A stretch of 39,735 nucleotides of DNA from Candidatus Coatesbacteria bacterium. GTDB taxonomy: Bacteria > JAFGND01. Shown one piece after another: positions 26,154 to 35,695 of this stretch (the first letter of the stretch is position 1; every line of letters starts with the position of its first letter). Position numbers and translations under genes: made by a program. The stretch spans positions 1-39,735 of the forward strand of contig JAFGND010000108.1 of assembly GCA_016927185.1 (NCBI GenBank), read 5' to 3'. The notes beneath the pieces were generated by a model, which saw only the letters and a program-made list of their open reading frames with translations, searched no databases and had not been told where the DNA came from.

Positions 26154-27407
26154 ATGATAATCTTAAGTATCTTGTGGAACTTGTTATTCATCATTCTTAT
26201 CCCAATATCAATACCTATTGCTATTTACTACTTCTGGTACCGGACTGCTGAATTAGGGGAAAGACTTGGTTTAATCAAAGCAGATATTTCAGAAAATGAT
26301 AGTGTTACCTGGTTTCACGTCGCCTCAATTGGGGAAGCTAATTCTTTATCATATTTCCTCAATCTCTATACCTTAAACTTCAAAAATGAAAAAATTATAT
26401 TAACCTCAATGACTGAAACAGGGGTTTTTGCGCTCAAGAAGCTCTTTCCAGATTGTACTGTATTCTTTTTCCCCCTGCCTTTCTATTTTCCCATAAATTC
26501 ATATTTCAGAAAAATAAAACCTGACAGGATTTTCCTTATCGAGGGAGAATTGTGGCTGGATATGCTTTTGATAGCGAAAATCAAAAAAATCCCAGTGATC
26601 ATGCTTAATGCACAGATTTCTGAAAAAACTCTTGCAAAATATACAAAACTGAAAATTCTATCAAAAGCTACTTTCCATAATATAAATCATTATTTTGCTA
26701 TAAGTAAAAATGAAAAGGATAAATTGATTTCAATTGGAGTTGATAACAGCAAAATCGATATAGTGGGAACAACTAAGGCAGATGTAATGTCAAAGCCAAA
26801 GGAGGACATGTCGTTCTATAAAGATGAAGGGAAATTGATAATCGCATTAGGTTCGGTAAGACCTGAAGAAGAAGAAGTATTTATGAGAATTATCAAAAAG
26901 GTTTTTGAAAATATAAATCATATTAGATGCGTTTGGATACCCAGATATCCTGACAAAATAGATAAACTTACAAAAATCCTTCTCAATAATGGCTTGAAAA
27001 TATCTCTTTTTTCTGGAAACAAAAAACAGAAGGAAGAAATTCTGATTGTTGATGCATTCGGTAAATTGATGGATTTTTATGCTATTTCAGATATCACTTT
27101 TGTTGGAGGAACCTTTAGTACCGGTGGTCACAATATTCTTGAACCTGCTTCCCTTTCAAAACCAGTAATCGTGGGACCTGTTATAAACAAAATAAGATCT
27201 ATTGCCGAAGTCATGCAAGAGAAAGAGGGAATAATAATTTCCAAAGATGAGATTGATGCCTCAAACAATATTCTTGTTTTAATCAATAGTCCCGAGAAAA
27301 GAAAAAAAATGGGAGAAAATGCTTTCAAGTGCTTTTCCGAAATCAGAGGCGCAAGTGAAAAGACAATAGATCTTATTAAGAAGAGTCGGATGAATAAAGA
27401 AGATTGA
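26154..27407 (+). CDS. waaA: 3-deoxy-D-manno-octulosonic acid (Kdo) transferase
   Basis: ERLG, WFHVASIGE, TETG, EGELW, PRYP and FVGGTFSTGGHNILEP. I prefer the ATG at 26154 to the ORF-track start at 26079. Confidence 0.92.
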   Translation: MIILSILWNLLFIILIPISIPIAIYYFWYRTAELGERLGLIKADISENDSVTWFHVASIGEANSLSYFLNLYTLNFKNEKIILTSMTETGVFALKKLFPDCTVFFFPLPFYFPINSYFRKIKPDRIFLIEGELWLDMLLIAKIKKIPVIMLNAQISEKTLAKYTKLKILSKATFHNINHYFAISKNEKDKLISIGVDNSKIDIVGTTKADVMSKPKEDMSFYKDEGKLIIALGSVRPEEEEVFMRIIKKVFENINHIRCVWIPRYPDKIDKLTKILLNNGLKISLFSGNKKQKEEILIVDAFGKLMDFYAISDITFVGGTFSTGGHNILEPASLSKPVIVGPVINKIRSIAEVMQEKEGIIISKDEIDASNNILVLINSPEKRKKMGENAFKCFSEIRGASEKTIDLIKKSRMNKED

Positions 27408-27411
27408 TATC

Positions 27412-28593
27412 TTGAATGAGTTCTATTTATTTATTTGGATATTTGTTATCTCGTTAGGATTGAAAGATGATTTTTTCAAAAATCCAGTTTTAAAAAGCAA
27501 AGATGATATTATAATCAAGATCAACCATTTAAGAAATAAAAGCAAGAAATATAAACTGGAAAATCACGAAAAGCTTTTCCTTACTTTTTTCGAGGATAAC
27601 ACTAAATATAGAAACATTGAAGCAAGCAAGCATTTATACCTGAAAATTCCAGATCAGGGATTTTTACTTTCTACAAATAATTTAGCTATAAGACAAGCGA
27701 ATAATGTCTTCAAAAAGACAGCAAACAAGATAAGGAAGTCACTATCTATTGAGATACCAGAAGGATTTTTTTATGTCTGGTTTGTATTCGATAAAAGCAA
27801 TTTTGAAAGCTTTGGAAATTTTGAAAAAGATGTTTCTGGTGTAACTCTTTATTGCAGATATATTGTATTACCTTATAGTCATCTGACACCTGGGCAAGTA
27901 ATGAAAAATATATCCAAATCCACAATAATAAACCAAGCTCCACTATTACTGGAAATGAAAAACTTTGATTACTCTATATTTGAGGAGACTTTCTCTCATG
28001 AGCTTGTCCATGTTTTCATTAATTCATATCTGAATAACAAGGTAAATAATCTCCCATTATGGTGGCATGAATCAGTTGCTATTCACTATTCAACAGGAAG
28101 CAAGAGATTCCTCACCAGAGAATATAAAATGTACAAGGAAATCTTCAATTTTCTGGAAGAGAGATATGGCAAGAAGGAACTTGAGAATTATATAAAGCTT
28201 TCTCTCTTGAATGTTGATGCTGAATTTCCCTTGAAAACTCAGTTCAATATTGATGATTATTCAAGTTTAACAATGTTGACAGAAAAATGGTTTTTGACAA
28301 AAAAGTTGATTATATTAGCCATAATGATAATGTATCTGTTATTTATTTCAAGCCTTGCTGGATTTATCAATCCAAAATGCGGAATGATATTATTGATTGC
28401 AGCCATAGTAGAAACAGCTCTATATTTATTATTTATGGGTTTTGTATCTTCTTTCTATACACAGAAGGAAATTCTTCTTGCAAGAATTATCATAATACTT
28501 TTATCATTGGCTTTAATATATTTTATACCCATTTCTTATCTGCTGAACATAAGAAAATCTGGATTATTAAGAGGGAAAAATGAAAAAATATGA
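27412..28593 (+). CDS. Putative zinc metallopeptidase (peptidase MA-like) with C-terminal TM helices
   Basis: FSHELVH (HExxH) followed by LPLWWHESVA (PxWxxE), a hydrophobic N-terminus and about three C-terminal hydrophobic segments. The start is TTG. Confidence 0.65.
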   Translation: MNEFYLFIWIFVISLGLKDDFFKNPVLKSKDDIIIKINHLRNKSKKYKLENHEKLFLTFFEDNTKYRNIEASKHLYLKIPDQGFLLSTNNLAIRQANNVFKKTANKIRKSLSIEIPEGFFYVWFVFDKSNFESFGNFEKDVSGVTLYCRYIVLPYSHLTPGQVMKNISKSTIINQAPLLLEMKNFDYSIFEETFSHELVHVFINSYLNNKVNNLPLWWHESVAIHYSTGSKRFLTREYKMYKEIFNFLEERYGKKELENYIKLSLLNVDAEFPLKTQFNIDDYSSLTMLTEKWFLTKKLIILAIMIMYLLFISSLAGFINPKCGMILLIAAIVETALYLLFMGFVSSFYTQKEILLARIIIILLSLALIYFIPISYLLNIRKSGLLRGKNEKI

Positions 28594-29650
28594 AATCTCA
28601 TTTCCAAAACAAGAAACAAGAGTCATTACCTGCAAAAGCATTCATTATGTGAGGGAAATACGGAAAGTATTTCCAGACAAGACCGAGTTATTTTTGTTAA
28701 CAGACAGAAATGTCTTTTCTTTATATAATGAACATATAAGGCAATTCATCAACAGTTTCAGTAAACTGATTGTTGAAGTCATTCCTCCAGGAGAAAGATC
28801 AAAAAACATGAGTAATTTGAAGAAAATCCTTAATAAACTCGCTGAAAAAGGATTTTCAAGAAATACCTTGTTTGTAACAATGGGTGGAGGTGTAATAGGT
28901 GATATTGGAGGATTATCTGCATCAATTTATATGCGCGGAGTTGATCTTATTCACATCCCCACTACCCTGCTCTCTCAGATAGACAGTGCCTTTGGAGGAA
29001 AGACAGCTGTCAATTTATCATATGGAAAAAATCTCGCTGGCTCTTTTCATAATGCCAAACTGATTTTACTTAATAATGAATATTTAACAACACATAATAA
29101 TAGATTATGGATAGAAGGACTTGCTGAGATGATTAAATATGCAGTAGGTTTTGATAAAATGCTTTTCCTTGAATTAGAAGATTTTTTGCTTTCAAGCCAG
29201 AATTTCAATGAAGTAAACTGGGATAAATGGATAGAAAAGTGCTATAAACTAAAGATGTCCATCTGCTTAGAAGATCCAGATGAAAAATCCAATCGAGTAC
29301 TTCTGAATATTGGTCATACTATAGGTCATGCACTGGAAAAACTCAAGCAGTTTAGACTATCGCATGGAAAATCAGTATTATTTGGAATCATTGAAGAAGC
29401 AAAGATATCAAGAAAATTCCATTTTCTTTCCATTGAAGAGGAACAAAGAATAGTTAACCTGATTAACTCGAGAGAATTCCTGAAAATACGATTAAGACCT
29501 TCATTGGAAAGTATAACAGCAAACATCAAATGGGATAAAAAGAGAAGGGATATAAATATGCTTTTCCCGGTGATTGATAGTATAGGTAGCTCTCATATAG
29601 AATATATCAAACTTGATAAATTAATAAAATTGATATTATCAAAAGATTGA
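28580..29650 (+). CDS. aroB: 3-dehydroquinate synthase
   Basis: PGERSK, GGGVIGD, YMRGV, PTTLLSQID, GGKTAVN, KN, LNIGHTIGHALE and HG. Confidence 0.96.
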   Translation: MKKYEISFPKQETRVITCKSIHYVREIRKVFPDKTELFLLTDRNVFSLYNEHIRQFINSFSKLIVEVIPPGERSKNMSNLKKILNKLAEKGFSRNTLFVTMGGGVIGDIGGLSASIYMRGVDLIHIPTTLLSQIDSAFGGKTAVNLSYGKNLAGSFHNAKLILLNNEYLTTHNNRLWIEGLAEMIKYAVGFDKMLFLELEDFLLSSQNFNEVNWDKWIEKCYKLKMSICLEDPDEKSNRVLLNIGHTIGHALEKLKQFRLSHGKSVLFGIIEEAKISRKFHFLSIEEEQRIVNLINSREFLKIRLRPSLESITANIKWDKKRRDINMLFPVIDSIGSSHIEYIKLDKLIKLILSKD

Positions 29651-29682
29651 GGCTATTGTTTAAAATGTCTTTTTCATAGATA

Positions 29683-29711
29683 TTGACAAAACTTGATATT
29701 ATTTATAGAAA
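29683..29711 (+). promoter_or_regulatory. Possible sigma-70-type promoter upstream of the CocE/NonD hydrolase
   Basis: A perfect TTGACA at 29683-29688 in a short intergenic gap. The -10 match is weak (TAGAAA at 17 nt). Confidence 0.3.
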
Positions 29712-29725
29712 GAATATGAAAAAAA

Positions 29726-31639
29726 ATGAATAGTATTTTATTCTTTTTGATAATCAGTCTTTCATCAAACATATTATATAAGCAGACTTATATGATAGAA
29801 ATGAGAGATGGAGTAAATTTAGCAACTGATGTATGGTTTCCCGATAGTCTTCCCGAACCTCTGCCAGTTCTTTTAATAAGAACACCTTATGACAAGGATT
29901 ACGCTTTTGATGAATCTTTTGCTTATCTTTATGCAGAATTGTACAGGATAATAGTAGTAGCACAGGATACGAGAGGTCAGCATTCGAGTGAAGGAATGGA
30001 TAGCATCTTTGCCACTGATGGCTGGTCAAGGCTTCAAGATGGTTATGATACATTTGAATGGATAATTTCACAAAACTGGTGTAATGGCAGGATTGGAATG
30101 AGAGGTTCATCTGCATCTGGAATTGTTCAATATCTGGTTTCTGGAGCAAGAAAAAACAACTTCATTTGTGCAAGCCCATCAGTTGCAGGCTGTAATTTAT
30201 ATCAAAATCTAATATTCCCTGGAGGATGCTGGAACAAAAACCTTATGGAATCATGGATGCAGGAGCAAAAAACCTCATATATGATAAATTGCTATGAGAA
30301 TCAAACCAGATACAATGATTACTGGAAATTGCTTAATATCGAAGAAAAAAGAACATTTATAAATGTTCCAATGCTTCATATAGGTGGCTGGTTTGATTTG
30401 TTCACAAATGGAGCTGTTCAGGGCTTCAGTGATTTGCAGAATTATGGAGATATCCTTGCAAAAGGAAATCAGAAGCTGCTGATAGGTCCCTGGACACATT
30501 GTGGCATCAATGAAAGGAAACAGGGTGAACTGACTTATCCTGCCAATTCTACTTACAGTATTCAAGAATATCAAAGCCAGTGGTTTCTTCATTACCTTAA
30601 TGGTGAAGAAAATAATGTAGAGAAAAAGGCAAATGTAATTTTCTATTTAATGGGAGATGTTTACAGTCAAAATAGCTATAGCAATATATGGGTAGAATCT
30701 TCAGTCTGGCCTCTGTCAGATTCAAAATACAAGAAATTTTATCTGTCAAGTGAAGGAAAACTTTCCGAAGACTTACCTACCAATGATGGTTACAGAGAAT
30801 ACTATTATGACCCAGATGATCCGGTACCTACAAAAGGAGGTCGAAATCTCTATATTCCAGCAGGACCTTATGACCAGAGAAGCATAGAGCAAAGGAATGA
30901 TGTTTTAACATTCGAGACTTATCCCTTGACAACTCCTTTAATAATCACTGGTAAAATTATAGCCCACCTCTTTGCCTCAAGTTCCTGCATTGATACTGAT
31001 TGGGCCGTCAAGATTTGTGATGTATATCAGAATGGAAAATCCATGCTGGTTGAAGAAGGAATATTGAAAGCAAGATATAAGGAAGGATTTGACAAAGAAT
31101 CTTTCATGGAACCAGGACAGATTTATGAATTCCTGATAGATCTTGGTGAGATTGCCCAATGCTTTGATATAGATCATAAAATCAGGATTGATATCACTTC
31201 CAGTAATTATCCCCATTTTGAAGTTAATCCTAATACAGGAGAACCCTGGAGGAATGAAACAAGAAAAATGATTGCACAGAACCGCATATATTGCTCTCCC
31301 CAGTATGCCTCTTACATAGATATGCCTATGATCTATGATGAAAAAGGATTCAAGTCGAAAATCACGAGAATACCATATAAAATTAATGCTTCAGTATTTC
31401 CTAATCCTGCAAGAAACCTTATTAATATTGTCATCCATGGTGAATTGAACGGACTGAAAGGTAAAATCTATGATTTGAATGGCAGGTTCATTTTTGAGCT
31501 TGGTACACCAGAAAAAAAAGGAAAAGGCTGGTATTCATGGAAGATCAACTGTTCAAAATTCCAGCCTGGACTTCATTATATAAAAGTCTGCTCCGATAAC
31601 AAACTAACTGTGGTGAAATCAGTACTGATAATTCACTAA
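29726..31639 (+). CDS. Secreted CocE/NonD family (S15) hydrolase with a T9SS type-A-like C-terminal sorting domain
   Basis: MRDGVNLATDV, RTPY, QDTRG, GSSASG, GGWFD and IGPWTH. The C-terminus reads VFPNP...IYDLNGR...PGLHYIKV...KSVLIIH. Confidence 0.9.
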   Translation: MNSILFFLIISLSSNILYKQTYMIEMRDGVNLATDVWFPDSLPEPLPVLLIRTPYDKDYAFDESFAYLYAELYRIIVVAQDTRGQHSSEGMDSIFATDGWSRLQDGYDTFEWIISQNWCNGRIGMRGSSASGIVQYLVSGARKNNFICASPSVAGCNLYQNLIFPGGCWNKNLMESWMQEQKTSYMINCYENQTRYNDYWKLLNIEEKRTFINVPMLHIGGWFDLFTNGAVQGFSDLQNYGDILAKGNQKLLIGPWTHCGINERKQGELTYPANSTYSIQEYQSQWFLHYLNGEENNVEKKANVIFYLMGDVYSQNSYSNIWVESSVWPLSDSKYKKFYLSSEGKLSEDLPTNDGYREYYYDPDDPVPTKGGRNLYIPAGPYDQRSIEQRNDVLTFETYPLTTPLIITGKIIAHLFASSSCIDTDWAVKICDVYQNGKSMLVEEGILKARYKEGFDKESFMEPGQIYEFLIDLGEIAQCFDIDHKIRIDITSSNYPHFEVNPNTGEPWRNETRKMIAQNRIYCSPQYASYIDMPMIYDEKGFKSKITRIPYKINASVFPNPARNLINIVIHGELNGLKGKIYDLNGRFIFELGTPEKKGKGWYSWKINCSKFQPGLHYIKVCSDNKLTVVKSVLIIH

Positions 31640-32511
31640 TGAACAAACCTCTTTATATAGTACATCTGGGCAGTCTTGGTGATTCATTCATTGTTGCTCC
31701 ATCAGTTATTTTCTTAAGGGGAAAAAACAGGCAAAACAACCTGATATGGATTGGAAATGAACAGGCTGGAAGGATTTTCAAGAAAGATGGTATTATAGAC
31801 AGCTGGCATGATAGAGATTATGATTTGGAAAAAACGGGAGAAGCTCATCTCAAGATTGTTTTCCAGAGAAGCTCGAATGTCTGGAATGATTCTTTTTCCG
31901 TAATACAAGCAAAATCAGATATTGATGTTCCTTTCACAGTCCAATATCTACAGAGCCTTCAAAAACTACTTTCTGAAGACATTATATTCCCACTACCAGC
32001 TGATTTTTCTTTCACTGAAAAGGAAGTTGTTTTCTTTTTTGGAAGCGGGTCAATCAAAAAGAACTGGGATATAAGAAATTACTGTTTCCTGGCAAACAAG
32101 ATCATGGAAAAAGGATATAGTGTGAGATTTATAGGCGGTGAAACAGAAAAAGGAAGTAATTCAATAATAGTACTGAAAAGAGAGAATTATGAACTGCATC
32201 TTTTTGAAGCTATTGAGAAAACATATGATCTCATTAAGAGAGCTCAGTTTTTCATTGGAAATGATTGTGGATTGTCTCATTTTGCTTCTTATATAGGTTT
32301 ATCAGGTATAGTCATTTATTCACCTGGAAGTGATCCAATTCATTTCTCCCCATTTCATTATTATTCAAGACAGAAAATAATCTCAACCTTCAATAACAGA
32401 TTTTTTTCTTTTGAATACAGAAACAAGGCAATTGGTAATGACAACATTATTCCAGTTGAGTGGACTGAAAAAGAAAAAGTATTGAAAGAATTTCTTGATC
32501 AATTCATGTAA
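31639..32511 (+). CDS. Glycosyltransferase family 9 (heptosyltransferase-like)
   Basis: GSLGD, GSGSIKKNW and FIGNDCGLSHFA. Confidence 0.85.
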   Translation: MNKPLYIVHLGSLGDSFIVAPSVIFLRGKNRQNNLIWIGNEQAGRIFKKDGIIDSWHDRDYDLEKTGEAHLKIVFQRSSNVWNDSFSVIQAKSDIDVPFTVQYLQSLQKLLSEDIIFPLPADFSFTEKEVVFFFGSGSIKKNWDIRNYCFLANKIMEKGYSVRFIGGETEKGSNSIIVLKRENYELHLFEAIEKTYDLIKRAQFFIGNDCGLSHFASYIGLSGIVIYSPGSDPIHFSPFHYYSRQKIISTFNNRFFSFEYRNKAIGNDNIIPVEWTEKEKVLKEFLDQFM

Positions 32512-33491
32512 GCTTCGTTCCTGTTCATGAAATCATAAGAAATCTTCTCTATTTCAGATACATTTTTTGCATTCTGCACTTTTGTTTCCCAGAGATGACC
32601 AAAAGCGTAATTCTTTGCAAAATAACTTATAAATTCTTTCAGCCTTCCTGCTCTTCTTTCTTCCGGAATTACTTTTTCCAGCTCATTTATGTACTCTTTC
32701 AATAAATTCACGAAATGCTTTTCTGAGATTCTATCTTCAATTATTTCCTTGAAAATCCATGGATTCTTGACAGCAGCTCTTCCTATCATTAATCCCGAAG
32801 GATCACATGTCTCCATTACTTTTTTTGCATCATCATTAGTATTAATGCTTCCGTTAGCGAATACTGGAATATCTATTTCCGGGATTACAAAGTTTACATA
32901 ATCCCAGCAAGGTTTTCCTGTAAATCTTGATTTGATATCTCTTGGATGGATAATCAGAGCATCAATACCTTCTCCAACTATAGACTTAACGAATTCAAGA
33001 AACTCTGTTTTGCTGAATTTCCCTGTCCTCAGCTTGATTGTAAAAGGCTTGCTGGTGCTTCTTCTCAAGGTTCTTATAATCATCAAGGCCAACTCAGGAT
33101 TATTCAGCAAAGCTGCTCCCCCACCTTTCTTCAAGACTATGGGAGCAGTGCAACCCATATTCAAATCAAACCCATCCGGATTAAGTGTTTCTAACATTGA
33201 TATTGCTTCGCTTAAACCATCAGTCCTGTTAACTAGAAGCTGATAAAAAAAAGGATTTACCTCATAATGATTATATAAACTGAAATGCTTTAATCCCTGA
33301 TTTAATACAGAAAGTGATGGTATCAGTTCACTGAAAAAAATCCCGCAACCACCAATTCTTTTTATTATCAATCTGAATCCTGCATGAGTAATACCAGCCA
33401 TGGGAGCAAGAGCAAGCCTTGTCTTTAGTCTCACTTTGTTTTCTGATTGAGGAGCTAGAACAAGTTCTTTTTTTAAGTCCAGATACCCCAA
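32499..33491 (-). CDS. dus: tRNA-dihydrouridine synthase (Dus family)
   Basis: LAPMAGIT, DLNMGC, GGGAALL, KLR, IHPR, ANG and MIGRAA. Confidence 0.92.
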   Translation of the reverse strand: MGYLDLKKELVLAPQSENKVRLKTRLALAPMAGITHAGFRLIIKRIGGCGIFFSELIPSLSVLNQGLKHFSLYNHYEVNPFFYQLLVNRTDGLSEAISMLETLNPDGFDLNMGCTAPIVLKKGGGAALLNNPELALMIIRTLRRSTSKPFTIKLRTGKFSKTEFLEFVKSIVGEGIDALIIHPRDIKSRFTGKPCWDYVNFVIPEIDIPVFANGSINTNDDAKKVMETCDPSGLMIGRAAVKNPWIFKEIIEDRISEKHFVNLLKEYINELEKVIPEERRAGRLKEFISYFAKNYAFGHLWETKVQNAKNVSEIEKISYDFMNRNEAYMN

Positions 33492-34264
33492 GTCCTGTAA
33501 ACCTCTGGTCTCTTATCATTTATTGCAGGGAATCTTTCTCTCCATGTATCAAGCATTTCTCTTGAAATATCTATACTGAATACTCCTTCAATATTGCCAC
33601 TACTGAGAATAATAGAACCATCTGGAGAAATAAGCATACTGTCACCTGAATATTCCAGCCCTCCGCCAGCACCTATCCTGTTGACACCAAGTACGAATGA
33701 TTGGGTTTCAATGGCTCTTGCAGTGAGAAGAGTTTTCCAGTGATCCCTTCTTGTCTTTGGCCAATTCGCAGGGATTATGAAAAATTCTGCCTTGCTTTCT
33801 ATTGCAGCTATGAACAATTCAGGAAATCTTATATCATAGCAAATGAATGGGCAGATTATGAACTCCTTGAAAGGTACAACAAAAAGATTATCACCTCCAG
33901 AAAACCTTTCTGTTTCCCCGCCTGCAGAGAAAGGATGTATCTTGGCATAAGGACCCGTTACCTGACCATCTTTATCAAATAGAAAAACAACATTATAAAC
34001 CTTTTCTCCCCTTTTCAGTGCATATCCTCCAAGTATTGCTATCTTGGCATCAATAGCCAAATGCTTGAGAAAACTATGTGTTCTTTCATTGCAGGATTCT
34101 GCTATCCTGTCTACTTCAAATGAAAATCCTGTAGAGAACATTTCCGGCAGAACCAATAATTCTGAGCCTTGATTAGCTGCCGATATTGCATACTTTCGTG
34201 TATAACTAAAATTAGCTTCTTTATCCTCCCACACTAAATCCCAGCTTGCCCATGCTATTTTCAT
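33473..34264 (-). CDS. Carbon-nitrogen hydrolase (nitrilase superfamily, omega-amidase-like)
   Basis: Catalytic triad motifs LPEMFSTGF, YAKIHPF and ICYDIRFPE, plus ARAIE and an AAGGAG Shine-Dalgarno. Confidence 0.92.
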   Translation of the reverse strand: MKIAWASWDLVWEDKEANFSYTRKYAISAANQGSELLVLPEMFSTGFSFEVDRIAESCNERTHSFLKHLAIDAKIAILGGYALKRGEKVYNVVFLFDKDGQVTGPYAKIHPFSAGGETERFSGGDNLFVVPFKEFIICPFICYDIRFPELFIAAIESKAEFFIIPANWPKTRRDHWKTLLTARAIETQSFVLGVNRIGAGGGLEYSGDSMLISPDGSIILSSGNIEGVFSIDISREMLDTWRERFPAINDKRPEVYRTWGIWT

Positions 34265-34279
34265 TTTTATCTCCTTAAT

Positions 34280-35695
34280 CTACTTTTCATTGGTTCTGTC
34301 TCCAATACCTTGTTCCTCATGATATTCAGGTTCTGTGTTTATTTGCCAGACATCATGATTTGAACCCAGGATATTCTCAGCAGCATATATTCCCGTCAAA
34401 ATACTGTGATCCATGTTATTGTATTTAAACATCCCATATCTGCCAATTGGTTGAATATTAACTATCTTCTTTAATGATTCCCTGATTAAAGACATTCTTT
34501 TCTTGAAATCATTACTATACATGGGATATGTCTTTCTTGTTCTCACAACAAAAGCATCCATAACTTTTTGTTCATCAGCCAAGCCCAGTCTTGATATCTC
34601 ATCTTTTCCTAACTTAATAAGATCATTATCTTTCATGCTCCATAAATGATCATTCTCATAGCAAAAGTATTCTAAACCTAATGATGATGTTTCATTATCA
34701 GGAACAAGATAAGGACTCCAGTTGTGAAATACCTGTATCCTTCCCAGATGTACATCAGGTTCATGAATGTATAACCAGGTATCTTCCAGAGGGATTTTAT
34801 AGGAGAAAACAAGATTTACTGTGAGAAGAGACCTGTACTCTAATCCCCTTGCAGCATCTTTCACCTCTTCTGGGAAAGAATCCATCAAAACCACAAGTTC
34901 ATCTATGGGCATTGAGCTAATAAGGTAATCAAAACCATATTTTTCACCTTTTTCATCTGTTGCAGAAATGAGGCAGCCATCTTTTTCTTCCAGTTTTACC
35001 ACTCGTGAATTCAAAACAACTTTTCCCCCCATTTCCTCAATTTTCTTTGCAATAGCTTCATACATCTGTCCTGGACCGAATTTTGGATAATTGAATTTCG
35101 TTATTAAAGTCTTTATTTTTCCAGAGTTATTTGTAAATAATGCATTCTTGACTGCAGTCAAAAAAGATAATCCCTTGATACGTTGTGCAGCCCATTGAGC
35201 ATCAATACTGTTGCAGGGAATTCCCCAGACTTTTTCAGTATATGTCTTGAAAAACATCCTGTATAATTCCTTGCCAAATCTATTACTGACCCATTCCTCG
35301 AAGTTATCCTCTTTCTGGTATGGCTTCAATCTACTTGACAGATAACTGAGAAAGACTTTTATGCACAAGTAAACACCCAGATTTCTTACAACATTAGATG
35401 CTTTCAATGGATAATTAAAGAATTTCTTCTTGAAAAAAATGTGAGAACACCTTGGTCTTGTAAGAAACTCCTCTCCAAGTACTTCATTCCAGAGGGTGTT
35501 TACTCTATCACTTTTTGTAAAAAATCTGTGCCCTCCGATGTCAAATCTGTATCCATCATGAACTATTGTTTTGCTTATCCCTCCAACCTGATTTTCTTTC
35601 TCTAATACAGTTACTTTTTTTCCGTTTTTTGCAAGTTCATATGCTGCAGCAAGACCAGCTGGCCCAGCTCCAATTACAAGGATATTGTCATTCAC
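34280..35695 (-). CDS. NAD(P)/FAD-dependent oxidoreductase (protoporphyrinogen oxidase/UDP-galactopyranose mutase-like superfamily)
   Basis: IGAGPAGLAAA, DIGGHRFF, YTEKVWG and GRYGMFKYNNMDHS. The GTG start overlaps the upstream stop (GTGA). Confidence 0.88.
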   Translation of the reverse strand: MNDNILVIGAGPAGLAAAYELAKNGKKVTVLEKENQVGGISKTIVHDGYRFDIGGHRFFTKSDRVNTLWNEVLGEEFLTRPRCSHIFFKKKFFNYPLKASNVVRNLGVYLCIKVFLSYLSSRLKPYQKEDNFEEWVSNRFGKELYRMFFKTYTEKVWGIPCNSIDAQWAAQRIKGLSFLTAVKNALFTNNSGKIKTLITKFNYPKFGPGQMYEAIAKKIEEMGGKVVLNSRVVKLEEKDGCLISATDEKGEKYGFDYLISSMPIDELVVLMDSFPEEVKDAARGLEYRSLLTVNLVFSYKIPLEDTWLYIHEPDVHLGRIQVFHNWSPYLVPDNETSSLGLEYFCYENDHLWSMKDNDLIKLGKDEISRLGLADEQKVMDAFVVRTRKTYPMYSNDFKKRMSLIRESLKKIVNIQPIGRYGMFKYNNMDHSILTGIYAAENILGSNHDVWQINTEPEYHEEQGIGDRTNEK

